The notes beneath the pieces were generated by a model that searched no databases, was not told the origin of the DNA, and was given only the letters and a program-made list of their open reading frames with translations. Of a stretch of DNA of 64,000 bases, positions 36,479 to 45,287 are shown in pieces (position 1 is the stretch's first letter; each line of letters begins with the position of its first letter). The translations under genes were made by a program, and so were the position numbers. The DNA is taken from the IMG/VR virus record IMGVR_UViG_3300045988_118801, positions 1 through 64,000 of that record. The stretch is one strand, 5' to 3'. This DNA comes from a virus.

Positions 36479-36483
36479 CAAAC

Positions 36484-36774
36484 TTATTTCGTATCTGCAA
36501 AATTTTCTATCTTTTTTTTACAAGTTTCTACTTTATCACGCAGATTCTTGTCGTATTTCAGGCGAAATTCCATGTTTATAACATGATGTCTTATGTTGGA
36601 ATGAACAAATCCGTAAATCTCGCCTAGCTTTATGTATTTCAGGTCTGTATATTGCCTTAAAAGATAAAACAATGTAGCACGTGCTTCTATGTATTCCATC
36701 TTTTTAGTGTTCCTGAACAAGTCCTCTATTCCGAAAACTTTAGAAACTACATTTTCATAATATTCAAGTTTCAT
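36484..36774 (-). CDS. DnaA domain-IV-like helix-turn-helix protein (second copy)
   Basis: VFGIEDLFRNTKKMEYIEARATLFYLLRQYTDLKYIKLGEIYGFVHSNIRHHV follows the DnaA C-terminal pattern. Confidence 0.5.
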   Translation of the reverse strand: MKLEYYENVVSKVFGIEDLFRNTKKMEYIEARATLFYLLRQYTDLKYIKLGEIYGFVHSNIRHHVINMEFRLKYDKNLRDKVETCKKKIENFADTK

Positions 36775-36777
36775 ATC

Positions 36778-37161
36778 CTATTCCTCCACACTTAATGCTT
36801 CGTCAATACTATCTTCTGTCTTAGGCTTGTTGCCCCACCTTCTCTTATAGTTAGACCACGGAAACATGTGACCGATAAACTTTACCTGTTCATAGAATCC
36901 GGCTTCCTTTATTTTCAGATACTCATGCTTCACCAACGGATTGAAACAAAGCGAAAGGTAATGTGTAATATTCTGCGGATTCGGTCGTCTTGGTGTCACA
37001 TACATTTCCATCAGCAAGTGTCCTTTACTTGTGAAGTGCATACCGTTTTCTTTTATCGGTATGCTGATACATTCTACGGTTTCTCCGTTGAAAACTCTTT
37101 CGTGAACTTCTGCACCAATCAGCCGTTCTACTTCCAATACTTGTTTATACTGCTGCGGCAT
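36778..37161 (-). CDS. hypothetical protein
   Basis: ORF track. Confidence 0.45.
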   Translation of the reverse strand: MPQQYKQVLEVERLIGAEVHERVFNGETVECISIPIKENGMHFTSKGHLLMEMYVTPRRPNPQNITHYLSLCFNPLVKHEYLKIKEAGFYEQVKFIGHMFPWSNYKRRWGNKPKTEDSIDEALSVEE

Positions 37162-37165
37162 AACC

Positions 37166-39112
37166 TCAATCTTTAATTTCTACACTAAATTCACTACCAT
37201 TGTTCCACATCTTGATAGTCTGATTTTCTATCAATGGGTAATTATCTTCATCTACCGTATGCGATTCATCAATGAATATCGGCAGATTAAGACCATAGAA
37301 CTTCTGAAAACCTAACGACAAATCAAGTCCGCATCTGACTTTGCTTGCTGCATTTGTAACTTGTGCCGACACACCTTCTGAATCGAGTATCCGGCAATCA
37401 GGTACGATATCACCGCTTTTGTTCGCCGAAGTCATTACAACGGAAATATAGTCGAACATTCCGTTTACCTTGTCAGAAACAAGCTGTGCTTTCTCCTGCT
37501 CGTACTTTATAGCTTTGTTGAGCATACCTTCAAGTCTTGCAAGTTCGATACTGCTTTCTCTAAGTTCATTCTGTTTGTGTCTGATAACCTCAATCTGCTT
37601 GTCGTATGTATCTTTTACACCGAGTTTTTTAGACAGTTCCTCAACATCATTCATAAGGTCTTTCTTCATGTTGATTAAAGCCGCATTGTCCTGCGTTGGT
37701 ACAACCGTCATATTTGCCTTCTTATTTGAGATTTCAGCCAGTTTCTCTTTTCCTTCGATAGTTCCCTTATACGGAACAAAATTCTTTCTCAAATCGGATA
37801 ATCTATTTTCAAGTTCAGTTTTGTCAAGTAAAGGCTTTTCGGTATATCCTTTTTCGATAACAGCCATTGCTTCATCAATCTCTTTCTTTACCTCGGCAAT
37901 CTTCTCATTGTTCGCTCTACCTTCTGCTACAATAGCATTGTGTTTGGCTTCTTTTCTTTCAAAGAACTGCTTCTTAGCTTCCTCAAGTTTATCTTCCGGC
38001 AAAGTCTGTCCGCAATAGGCACACTTGTCGTCAGTGAATACCATTGCTTTTACTTCTTCGTTCTGTTTAAGTAATGTGTTGCGATACTCGTTCAGCTTTT
38101 CAAGTTTAGATGTTGCCGATTTAAGCGTTTTCTCTGCGTTCTCGATAGATTGCTTGGATAATTCGTTTTCTTTCAAAATCTGCGCATTTCTAATATCAAT
38201 TTCAGCTATTTCTGCCTTAATCTTGTTGGCTTCTTCAATCGGTTTCAGATTGTATTTGCTTTCGGCTTCTGCCAACTGGTTTTCAAGTTCAGCAATCTCT
38301 TTTAATTCGGCATTTCTCTTGTCGATATACTGCTGAACACTTTCGCTGCTACCTGTAATCTGTGCGTCAATGTCGGCAATCTGTTTCTTTGTTTCTTCGA
38401 TTTCTTTCTTAACTTCGTCCAAGCCTTGAATGTCAGGTAAACTTGTCTGCAATGTCTGAATAGTGACAGGAAGGCTTTCTACGCTTGACTTTACGGCTTT
38501 TATCTTTGCCTTGTAAGAAGTCTTGACCTCGTCAATAGGATATTTCCGTAAGTCGTTTATAATGTCAGTATAGTCACCTTTCATTTCAGATTCATCAATA
38601 TCTCCTACAAGCGATTCAAAGTGCTTACGCATATCTTTCCAATCAAGTGATTCGTAATGTCTGATATTCAGCATAAGTTTCAGCTTGTCGAAAGGTGCAA
38701 ATGTTTCTTCAATAAATGACTTGTAATCTCCTGCGCTTCTTTCAATGCTGTCAATATAAAACTTGTAATCGTCAGTAGCTTTCTTTTCGTATTCCTCACG
38801 ACCTTTCTTTCTCGTCCAACCTTGCTTTGCGGTCTTTTTCAGCGTATATTCTACTCCGTCAATATCCAATACGGCTTCGGCGGACGCAAGTTTTGAGTTT
38901 TCATAAGTAAGCGACAAGGTATCATCGAACAATTTGTAGTTGATTCTGTCTTGTTCGTCCGCTCCAGTGAACAACCAAAGCCAAGCATTGAAACAGCTTG
39001 ATTTACCTGATTTGTTTCTGCCTTTTATTTCTGTATTGTGACCGAAGTTTATAACTTTGTTCTGTCCTCGCCAATCCTGCAAGGTTAGTTTTTTAAGAGT
39101 TGTTGTTTTCAT
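37166..39112 (-). CDS. Rad50/SbcC-like coiled-coil ATPase with zinc hook
   Basis: Walker A GRNKSGKSS. About 400 aa of coiled coil with a central CAYCGQ (CxxC hook). C-terminal LPIFIDESH (Walker B). Confidence 0.65.
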   Translation of the reverse strand: MKTTTLKKLTLQDWRGQNKVINFGHNTEIKGRNKSGKSSCFNAWLWLFTGADEQDRINYKLFDDTLSLTYENSKLASAEAVLDIDGVEYTLKKTAKQGWTRKKGREEYEKKATDDYKFYIDSIERSAGDYKSFIEETFAPFDKLKLMLNIRHYESLDWKDMRKHFESLVGDIDESEMKGDYTDIINDLRKYPIDEVKTSYKAKIKAVKSSVESLPVTIQTLQTSLPDIQGLDEVKKEIEETKKQIADIDAQITGSSESVQQYIDKRNAELKEIAELENQLAEAESKYNLKPIEEANKIKAEIAEIDIRNAQILKENELSKQSIENAEKTLKSATSKLEKLNEYRNTLLKQNEEVKAMVFTDDKCAYCGQTLPEDKLEEAKKQFFERKEAKHNAIVAEGRANNEKIAEVKKEIDEAMAVIEKGYTEKPLLDKTELENRLSDLRKNFVPYKGTIEGKEKLAEISNKKANMTVVPTQDNAALINMKKDLMNDVEELSKKLGVKDTYDKQIEVIRHKQNELRESSIELARLEGMLNKAIKYEQEKAQLVSDKVNGMFDYISVVMTSANKSGDIVPDCRILDSEGVSAQVTNAASKVRCGLDLSLGFQKFYGLNLPIFIDESHTVDEDNYPLIENQTIKMWNNGSEFSVEIKD

Positions 39113-39315
39113 ACTAATTTAATATTTACTCGTTTAACTTCAAGTGCTTTCAAGATTCTATCCAAAACTTCGATTGTAGTATTGCTACCTGCTTCGATAT
39201 TTCGGAACTGGTTTAAAGTAATACCTGCTCTTTTTGCAAGTTCACTTTTGCTTAATTTCTGCTTTGTTCGTTCTTCGTTTATCAGATTTATAAAAAATTC
39301 TTTCATATAATTCAC
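39109..39315 (-). CDS. XRE/Cro-cI-type HTH transcriptional regulator
   Basis: LSKSELAKRAGITLNQFRNIEAGSNTTIEVLDRILKAL. Confidence 0.7.
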   Translation of the reverse strand: MNYMKEFFINLINEERTKQKLSKSELAKRAGITLNQFRNIEAGSNTTIEVLDRILKALEVKRVNIKLV

Positions 39316-39329
39316 AAATTTATTTATTA

Positions 39330-39367
39330 CAAATATACAAATATATTTATTATTGAGTGCAAATATA
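39330..39367 (-). promoter_or_regulatory. three tandem -7 boxes/operator-like CAAATATATTTG half-palindromes upstream of the XRE gene
   Basis: caaatata at 39330, 39338 and 39360, which is TATATTTG on the minus strand. Confidence 0.4.
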
Positions 39368-39380
39368 TTGTTATTTATTG

Positions 39381-39695
39381 TTAATTGGATTCTTTTTTTA
39401 GTTCTTCGATTAAGGCGTCAGCAAACTCAACAGACCATTTTACAATATCGGTTACATAACATCCGCAGTCAACTCTCCCTTGCTCATGTTGCAAACTGAT
39501 AAATACCTTAGAGTATTCTTTTGCCAGTTCGTATCTTCTCCACTCCGAATCAATATTGCCGTTTACTTTTTCATTTTCGATAAACTCCAATTTTGAAACT
39601 CTTATATAACCACCGTCAACAATTAATGCAGTGCCATCGTCATACAAATTTTCTATATCTACTATTTCTCCAGTTTCTTTAATTCTTGCTTTCAT
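39381..39695 (-). CDS. hypothetical protein
   Basis: ORF track. Confidence 0.45.
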   Translation of the reverse strand: MKARIKETGEIVDIENLYDDGTALIVDGGYIRVSKLEFIENEKVNGNIDSEWRRYELAKEYSKVFISLQHEQGRVDCGCYVTDIVKWSVEFADALIEELKKESN

Positions 39696-39849
39696 AAATA
39701 TACCATTTAATCATTACTACCTTGTCTTTATCACTCATATCTGATTTACAGACATTGTTCATGTAGTTTATTATTCTTTCTACATCTTTAATCGGCACGA
39801 CTAAACTTCTTGGGTCTAGTTCGCTTGCTTGGTATTTGCGGAGTTTCAT
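39679..39849 (-). CDS. hypothetical 56-aa protein
   Basis: ATG at 39849, MKLRKYQASELDPRSLVVPIKDVERIINYM... Fills the gap and is below the track cutoff. Confidence 0.35.
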   Translation of the reverse strand: MKLRKYQASELDPRSLVVPIKDVERIINYMNNVCKSDMSDKDKVVMIKWYIYESKN

Positions 39850-39852
39850 AAA

Positions 39853-40284
39853 TTAACATTCACCTTTCTTCTTGTTTAGCTTTAAAATAACGTTATTTAG
39901 TGAAGTCTTTAAACTTTTAATTTGTTTTCTAAGTTCTTTGTTTTGCCTTTTCATAGAATCTATTCTTATAATATTATCAATGTCCTCTTCTGATTTACTA
40001 CATTCAATATTATGTGCTTTTATTATTTTATTTAATGATTGTATTTCTTTTTTCTGATTTTCTATTTTACTTTTAAGTTCATTAACCATTAGACCAGATT
40101 CGAGTTCTATAATATAACTTTCCAATTCTCCAAGTCTTTGCAGTTTATCTTTATAGAAAGATTTTCTTTCTTCATCATACTTTTTGAATCGTTCGATTGC
40201 GAATTTTAATTTTGCAATTTCATAATCACGAGCGTCTTTAAACAACGATTTGTTCATAATGTAATCAAATTTTTTATCATCCAC
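39853..40284 (-). CDS. coiled-coil protein
   Basis: ORF track. Confidence 0.45.
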   Translation of the reverse strand: MDDKKFDYIMNKSLFKDARDYEIAKLKFAIERFKKYDEERKSFYKDKLQRLGELESYIIELESGLMVNELKSKIENQKKEIQSLNKIIKAHNIECSKSEEDIDNIIRIDSMKRQNKELRKQIKSLKTSLNNVILKLNKKKGEC

Positions 40285-40622
40285 ACTGCATTTTCTTCAT
40301 CTTGATGTTCGCTACAATATTCAAATCCTAAACATATATACCAATTCAGCACCCAGCTATCTTTGTAGCACCAAAGCATACATTCTCTTGCGCCTAAGTC
40401 AATACATTTTTGAATCAACTTATTAAGAAGTTCACTTCCTATTGTTTTTAATCTTTCATTTTCTGAAACATGAAGTCCTTCGATATAGGCAATATCAGGT
40501 TCATCGCTGTAATAATATACTCTTCCAACGGCTTTACCGTTTTCCTCCATAAATATATAATCATTACCCCATCTGTTATGCCTTTCATGTTCTATAAATC
40601 TGTAAAATTCTTTCTTTCTCAT
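40254..40622 (-). CDS. GNAT-family acetyltransferase
   Basis: IAYIEGLHVSENERLKTIGSELLNKLIQKCIDLGARECMLW, an acetyl-CoA-binding motif-A-like pattern. Confidence 0.55.
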   Translation of the reverse strand: MRKKEFYRFIEHERHNRWGNDYIFMEENGKAVGRVYYYSDEPDIAYIEGLHVSENERLKTIGSELLNKLIQKCIDLGARECMLWCYKDSWVLNWYICLGFEYCSEHQDEENAVWMIKNLITL

Positions 40623-40653
40623 AGCTTACAATCCTAACCAACATTTAACATCA

Positions 40654-40872
40654 TCATACAAATCTTTCAATTCTGCTTATTACATCCAGTGCATCCTTGT
40701 TGCATAACGTATCAATAGGCTCTATGCTTGTTATACTTTCAAATTCAGAAGGATTGTCAAAGTCCGTTCTCACATAGTTCATAAACTCGTCCTTTACATA
40801 ATCTTCTGCCGTCTTTTCTGCGCATGACATCAAGGCAAATACGGCAAATGCTGATAAAAATAACTTTTTCAT
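40654..40872 (-). CDS. small lipoprotein (o-spanin candidate)
   Basis: MKKLFLSAFAVFALMSC lipobox. 72 aa, directly downstream of the lysozyme gene. Confidence 0.5.
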   Translation of the reverse strand: MKKLFLSAFAVFALMSCAEKTAEDYVKDEFMNYVRTDFDNPSEFESITSIEPIDTLCNKDALDVISRIERFV

Positions 40873-40876
40873 AATT

Positions 40877-41320
40877 CTACTTATTAATTAATTCCTTATA
40901 CTTCTTTTCAATATCCCTATGATAGCTATAATTCGCTCTAGGATTGTGCCGCTTAATTGCTAGATGCAAATCTTTCTCAGGATTGAAATGCGACTGATAC
41001 AAGTTAAACATCTCAATAGACTTACTTCTGCTATATCGGTCGGATAGCTTGTACTTCTCATGCCCTGCAATCTTATTACATTGCTTCAAGTAAATAGGCG
41101 TTATCTGCATACATCCGACAGCGTTTGTTTTATGATTCACTGCCCTATTGTTTCCGTTGCTTTCCCTCCAAATAATAGCTTCTATCAACTTTTCCCAATT
41201 TACTTGCTCTTTCTCTATTCTTACCACTTCGATAACTTCTTTCCCTCGTGGTATCACTTCTGCCCAGACATACGATGTTATCAGGCAGCTAATTATTGCG
41301 GTTATTAGGTTTTCTTTCAT
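40877..41320 (-). CDS. SLT-domain lytic transglycosylase with an N-terminal hydrophobic anchor (endolysin candidate)
   Basis: IWRESNGNNRAVNHKTNAVGCMQI (catalytic Glu-Ser, GxMQ). N-terminus LITAIISCLITSYVWA. Confidence 0.65.
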   Translation of the reverse strand: MKENLITAIISCLITSYVWAEVIPRGKEVIEVVRIEKEQVNWEKLIEAIIWRESNGNNRAVNHKTNAVGCMQITPIYLKQCNKIAGHEKYKLSDRYSRSKSIEMFNLYQSHFNPEKDLHLAIKRHNPRANYSYHRDIEKKYKELINK

Positions 41321-41321
41321 A

Positions 41322-42503
41322 TTAAATCAAATTTATAATATTTTCGTTTGCTTTGTCTATCTCCTTGTTCCCGAATGATGCAAGATATACTTGTGTTACT
41401 TTTTCACTACTATGTCCCATACTCTTGCTAATCACAGATAAAGGAATATTTGCTACATTTTGTGCTATACTCGCCCAACTATGTCTTGCAACATACATTG
41501 TTAAATTTGCATCAATTCCACAATAAACGGCTAGTTCTTTTAAACTTTTATTAGTATATTCAAGGCAATTCCTTTCTTTGGCGTATTCGTCAGCCTTACA
41601 TGTTGCTATCGGGAAGATATAATCACCATCAGTACGCACATACTTTTCAATAATTTTCTTAATATCTTTTTCGAGTTTGATATGAATAAGTTTACCCGTC
41701 TTTCTTCGTTGATAACTTATCATACCGTCTTGTATATTCGACTTTTTTAATGAAACAATATCAATAAAGCTCATTCCACGTGTATAAAAACTGAACATAA
41801 ACAAATCACGTGCAAAGTCAAGTTTGGGATATGCTTTCAGATTGATAGACTTTATTTTCTTAATGTCGTTTACTGATATAGCACGTTTTACTGTCACATC
41901 AACACCTTTATAAACGTGCTTAAAAGGGTCTGTCAATGTAGGAGGTAAAACTCCATTATCAACTGCTTTATTCCAAACAGCACGCAAATTACGAATATAG
42001 AAACTTGAAGTATTTCGCTTTAGTCCTCGTGACAACAGCCACGCTTCAAAGGATTCTACAAAATCACAATCTATATCATGTATGCTTGTATAATCATTCC
42101 CTACAAACTCATATATTCTTTTTGCTAGGTTTTTGTAATTGTCGCTTGTTTTTGGTTTCCCAGACATTTTTAATCTTTCAGAAATCAAAATGATATAATT
42201 TATCAAATTGTTTCTTTCGTCCTCAATAGCACGTATTACATCATCGGCAGAATAATTTGGATTTGCTTTTTCAAGTGATTCAATGCATTTGTTTATCTGC
42301 TTGATGTATTGCTTTATTCTTTCGTTTATATCCTCATCTTTTGTACATGGGAAAGAATTATTTCCTATCCACATATCATTCAATAGCCTTAAATCAGGAT
42401 TAAATTGTCTTACAACCCGTTTTCTGATTATTTGAAAATAAATCCTGCCTTTACCGAATTGTTTTTGTGAAGGTGTAAACTTCACCATTACTGACGTATT
42501 CAT
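41322..42503 (-). CDS. int: tyrosine site-specific integrase (Bacteroides type)
   Basis: C-terminal catalytic region TMYVARHSWASIA...MGHSSEKVTQVYL (R, HxxR-like, H, Y). N-terminal arm/SAM-like domain. Confidence 0.8.
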   Translation of the reverse strand: MNTSVMVKFTPSQKQFGKGRIYFQIIRKRVVRQFNPDLRLLNDMWIGNNSFPCTKDEDINERIKQYIKQINKCIESLEKANPNYSADDVIRAIEDERNNLINYIILISERLKMSGKPKTSDNYKNLAKRIYEFVGNDYTSIHDIDCDFVESFEAWLLSRGLKRNTSSFYIRNLRAVWNKAVDNGVLPPTLTDPFKHVYKGVDVTVKRAISVNDIKKIKSINLKAYPKLDFARDLFMFSFYTRGMSFIDIVSLKKSNIQDGMISYQRRKTGKLIHIKLEKDIKKIIEKYVRTDGDYIFPIATCKADEYAKERNCLEYTNKSLKELAVYCGIDANLTMYVARHSWASIAQNVANIPLSVISKSMGHSSEKVTQVYLASFGNKEIDKANENIINLI

Positions 42504-42874
42504 AACTTATTCTCCTTATTCCGTTCATACCAAGACATCTTCTTCCCGAACTCTTCGTCATATTCGTACTTTTCGTTCAGATCAGCCATATTGAAACTTT
42601 TCGACTGATTAAGCAAATACAGACATCTTTGCGTGTGTTTCTTGTCGTATTCTCGCTTATTCCCCTTTTTATAGTGAAACGATTCAAGCACACATGATTC
42701 GGCTTCAAAAAGTTTATTAAAGTTGTTTTCATTAATTGCTTTCAAAGAATCTATGTAGGCAGAATTTACATCAAGGAAATCTATCTTCCCTGCAAGCATT
42801 AAAGATACCAAAGCATATTTAATTTCATACTTTGTCTTCTTTGAAAGTTCTTCCAATAATTCAAATGTGTCCAT
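42500..42874 (-). CDS. hypothetical protein upstream of the integrase
   Basis: ORF track, with a 4-nt overlap with int. Confidence 0.45.
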   Translation of the reverse strand: MDTFELLEELSKKTKYEIKYALVSLMLAGKIDFLDVNSAYIDSLKAINENNFNKLFEAESCVLESFHYKKGNKREYDKKHTQRCLYLLNQSKSFNMADLNEKYEYDEEFGKKMSWYERNKENKL

Positions 42875-43060
42875 AACACCCTAAATTTACTATATTATTC
42901 ACGCTAATTACAATTATCTCCACCCAACCTATATAATTGCACTATTCATAAAAGAAAGTCGCTAAAATAGGCTTATATAAAATTATTTGTTAGGCTTACA
43001 TGCTGCATTAATGCTTTCGCCTAAAATTGCCAAAAACATAAGTACGATAAATACCATAAT

Positions 43061-43219
43061 TTATTCCTCCCAATTCTTTAAGTTTTCCATTAATTCGACT
43101 AGCTCGTCCTCTCCGACATTTTTATTGTCGATTGCGTCAATTATCTTTTCGGTTTCTTCATCCGTATAATTCAAGTAGCTCAGCAACCGAACGATTTTAT
43201 TCTCTTCATGTATCTTCAT
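43061..43219 (-). CDS. hypothetical 52-aa acidic protein
   Basis: ATG at 43219, MKIHEENKIVRLLSYLNYTDEETEKIIDAID... Below the track cutoff. Confidence 0.3.
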   Translation of the reverse strand: MKIHEENKIVRLLSYLNYTDEETEKIIDAIDNKNVGEDELVELMENLKNWEE

Positions 43220-43220
43220 A

Positions 43221-43421
43221 TCATTTCAGTATTTTATCTGTTAAACAGTTCATTTCCTCTTTTAAGCTCTTTGTAAACTTCTTGCCTGATTCGGTCTGCA
43301 AATTGTATGCAGTCAGCATGATGTAAAGCAAACCTATAATGTTGGGTATTACTGTTTCTGATTCATTCAACACCAACAGACAAGGCAAGAATAATATTGT
43401 GGATATAAGTAAGTTTTTCAT
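43221..43421 (-). CDS. small two-TM membrane protein
   Basis: LLISTILFLPCLLVL and IIGLLYIMLTAY segments. Confidence 0.45.
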   Translation of the reverse strand: MKNLLISTILFLPCLLVLNESETVIPNIIGLLYIMLTAYNLQTESGKKFTKSLKEEMNCLTDKILK

Positions 43422-43428
43422 AATTCAA

Positions 43429-43623
43429 TTAAATTGATGTTAATATCGCTTTTTCAATCTCTTTGTATGGTTCGGTTAATTCATCTTGTGAATATCCGTA
43501 CTGATAAGCAGAATTTAACCACCATTCATACACCATTTCACCATCCACTACGTTATTGCTTATTTCTTCTGCATACAATTCTTTGAAGTGATTAACTATT
43601 TCATTTAATGTTTCTGTTTTCAT
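43429..43623 (-). CDS. hypothetical protein
   Basis: ORF track. Confidence 0.45.
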   Translation of the reverse strand: MKTETLNEIVNHFKELYAEEISNNVVDGEMVYEWWLNSAYQYGYSQDELTEPYKEIEKAILTSI

Positions 43624-43640
43624 AATTCAATCTCCTATAA

Positions 43641-44390
43641 TTAAAGTTCATAAATATTTTTAAGTGAAACATACATCGCTCTCGCACGTTTTTTATCGAA
43701 GCACAGACCGCTCGATGTAACTTTCCCACGCTTGTTTAGCTCGTCCGAAATAGGTTGGAAGTTCGTATTTGCGGTGATTTTACCGTGAATCATTTGGTAG
43801 TCGGATATAAACTCCCAAAAAGCCTTATTTGCGGGATTCATACGCGCTTTTTCTCGTCTGCTTTGCGCGGATGCTTGGGAAGCTTCAGTAATTGCCTTAG
43901 TTCGGTCTGTATTTCCTTTCTTGCTTCCCCAAAGGTTATTCGTTCCTCCTACCTCCTTGTTGTTTGCTTTTCTTGCATCCAAACCCGCTTTAGTTCGCTG
44001 CCTGATATTATTCAATTCAATTTCGGCAGCAAGTGACAAAGCAAACAATAACGCTTTGCCTCCGATAGATTTATTTTCTATAATTGTACCATCTTTAGCC
44101 TGAACGATAGTTATTTCTCTTTCGCTTGCCTCTGTGATAATCTGGAACAAGTCCGACATATTTCTACCCAAACGTGATAATTCACTGATATAAATCGTGC
44201 TACCTTTGTCACATTGCTTTAATAGTTCGTTTAGCTTTCTTTCTGTATGCTTTACAGACCCGCTAACCTTTTCAACTACTTGCAATAGTTCGCCCTTTTC
44301 ACCTATTCGGGATAAATAGCTCGTCACTACTTCGTTTTGTTGGGCAAAATCTTGGGATTCTGTTGAGCATCTAAAGTATATTGCTTTCAT
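43641..44390 (-). CDS. small serine recombinase (resolvase/invertase family)
   Basis: N-terminus MKAIYFRCSTESQD (catalytic Ser context), ISELSRLGRN, and a C-terminal HTH-like region. Confidence 0.75.
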   Translation of the reverse strand: MKAIYFRCSTESQDFAQQNEVVTSYLSRIGEKGELLQVVEKVSGSVKHTERKLNELLKQCDKGSTIYISELSRLGRNMSDLFQIITEASEREITIVQAKDGTIIENKSIGGKALLFALSLAAEIELNNIRQRTKAGLDARKANNKEVGGTNNLWGSKKGNTDRTKAITEASQASAQSRREKARMNPANKAFWEFISDYQMIHGKITANTNFQPISDELNKRGKVTSSGLCFDKKRARAMYVSLKNIYEL

Positions 44391-44397
44391 AATTCAA

Positions 44398-44595
44398 TCA
44401 ATTTAATTTTGTCAATAATTTATCTATTTGCTTTTGAATATCACTTATAGCATCCCTTATTTCCGCTTTCTTCTTTGAGTGAAGCGTGCTAAAGTTGTAA
44501 CCGTTTAAAGCGGTTAACGTATCGTGAAACATTTCCATTTCACACATATAGCCGAACAAAATAGTTCGTTTTATCTGCTTTTCTTTGTCGGACAT
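44398..44595 (-). CDS. hypothetical protein
   Basis: ORF track. Confidence 0.45.
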   Translation of the reverse strand: MSDKEKQIKRTILFGYMCEMEMFHDTLTALNGYNFSTLHSKKKAEIRDAISDIQKQIDKLLTKLN

Positions 44596-44598
44596 GGT

Positions 44599-44892
44599 TT
44601 AATACAAATTATCGTATAGTTCACTCATATATTCAATAAATTCGCTCTTCGTCTTATATGATTCAAATCCTAAAGCAGAAAGAAACTTACGCTTACTTTG
44701 TACGCTTGATAAATCGGAGTTCTCATTGCAAAAGTCCTGAACGCTTCCGCTATTGTCATGTAGCCAAAGTTCAAACAAAGAGTCATTCTTGTCTGAAATA
44801 GATTGGAATAACTCAATAAATAAATATTCCTTTTGCTCTTCTTTTAGCTTTTCCAGACTATCGAGTAGCTCGTTAAATAATTCCTTTTTCAT
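44599..44892 (-). CDS. hypothetical protein
   Basis: ORF track. Confidence 0.45.
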   Translation of the reverse strand: MKKELFNELLDSLEKLKEEQKEYLFIELFQSISDKNDSLFELWLHDNSGSVQDFCNENSDLSSVQSKRKFLSALGFESYKTKSEFIEYMSELYDNLY

Positions 44893-44896
44893 AAAT

Positions 44897-45130
44897 TCAA
44901 TAAAACAAATTTACCAACACGCCGTTTAAATCTCTGTTTCGCTTGTATATCCCTCTAGTGATATGTATTTTTATATCTGAATATCCGCAAACATCCTTGA
45001 AAGAAAGCACTTTTATGTATAAACCATCTTTTTCGTTTGCATAACATTTTAAATGACTTGTGTTTTTGCATTCATTTATTAAGTCATTCAGGAAATAATT
45101 TGATAAATCAGGCGAAAAAACCTGTTTCAC
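44897..45130 (-). CDS. hypothetical protein
   Basis: ORF track. Confidence 0.45.
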   Translation of the reverse strand: MKQVFSPDLSNYFLNDLINECKNTSHLKCYANEKDGLYIKVLSFKDVCGYSDIKIHITRGIYKRNRDLNGVLVNLFY

Positions 45131-45287
45131 TTCGTTTGTGTTTCTTGTAATTTCACTATCTAAAAGTGAATTTAAAAAAAGATTTTAGTTTTTCCATATA
45201 GTTCTGTAGTTAAAAGTTCGTGCCCGCTTCGTGAACTTTCACACGCTGCAAAGATTTTAACTTTTACGGGCTAATTAGTTATTTAGT

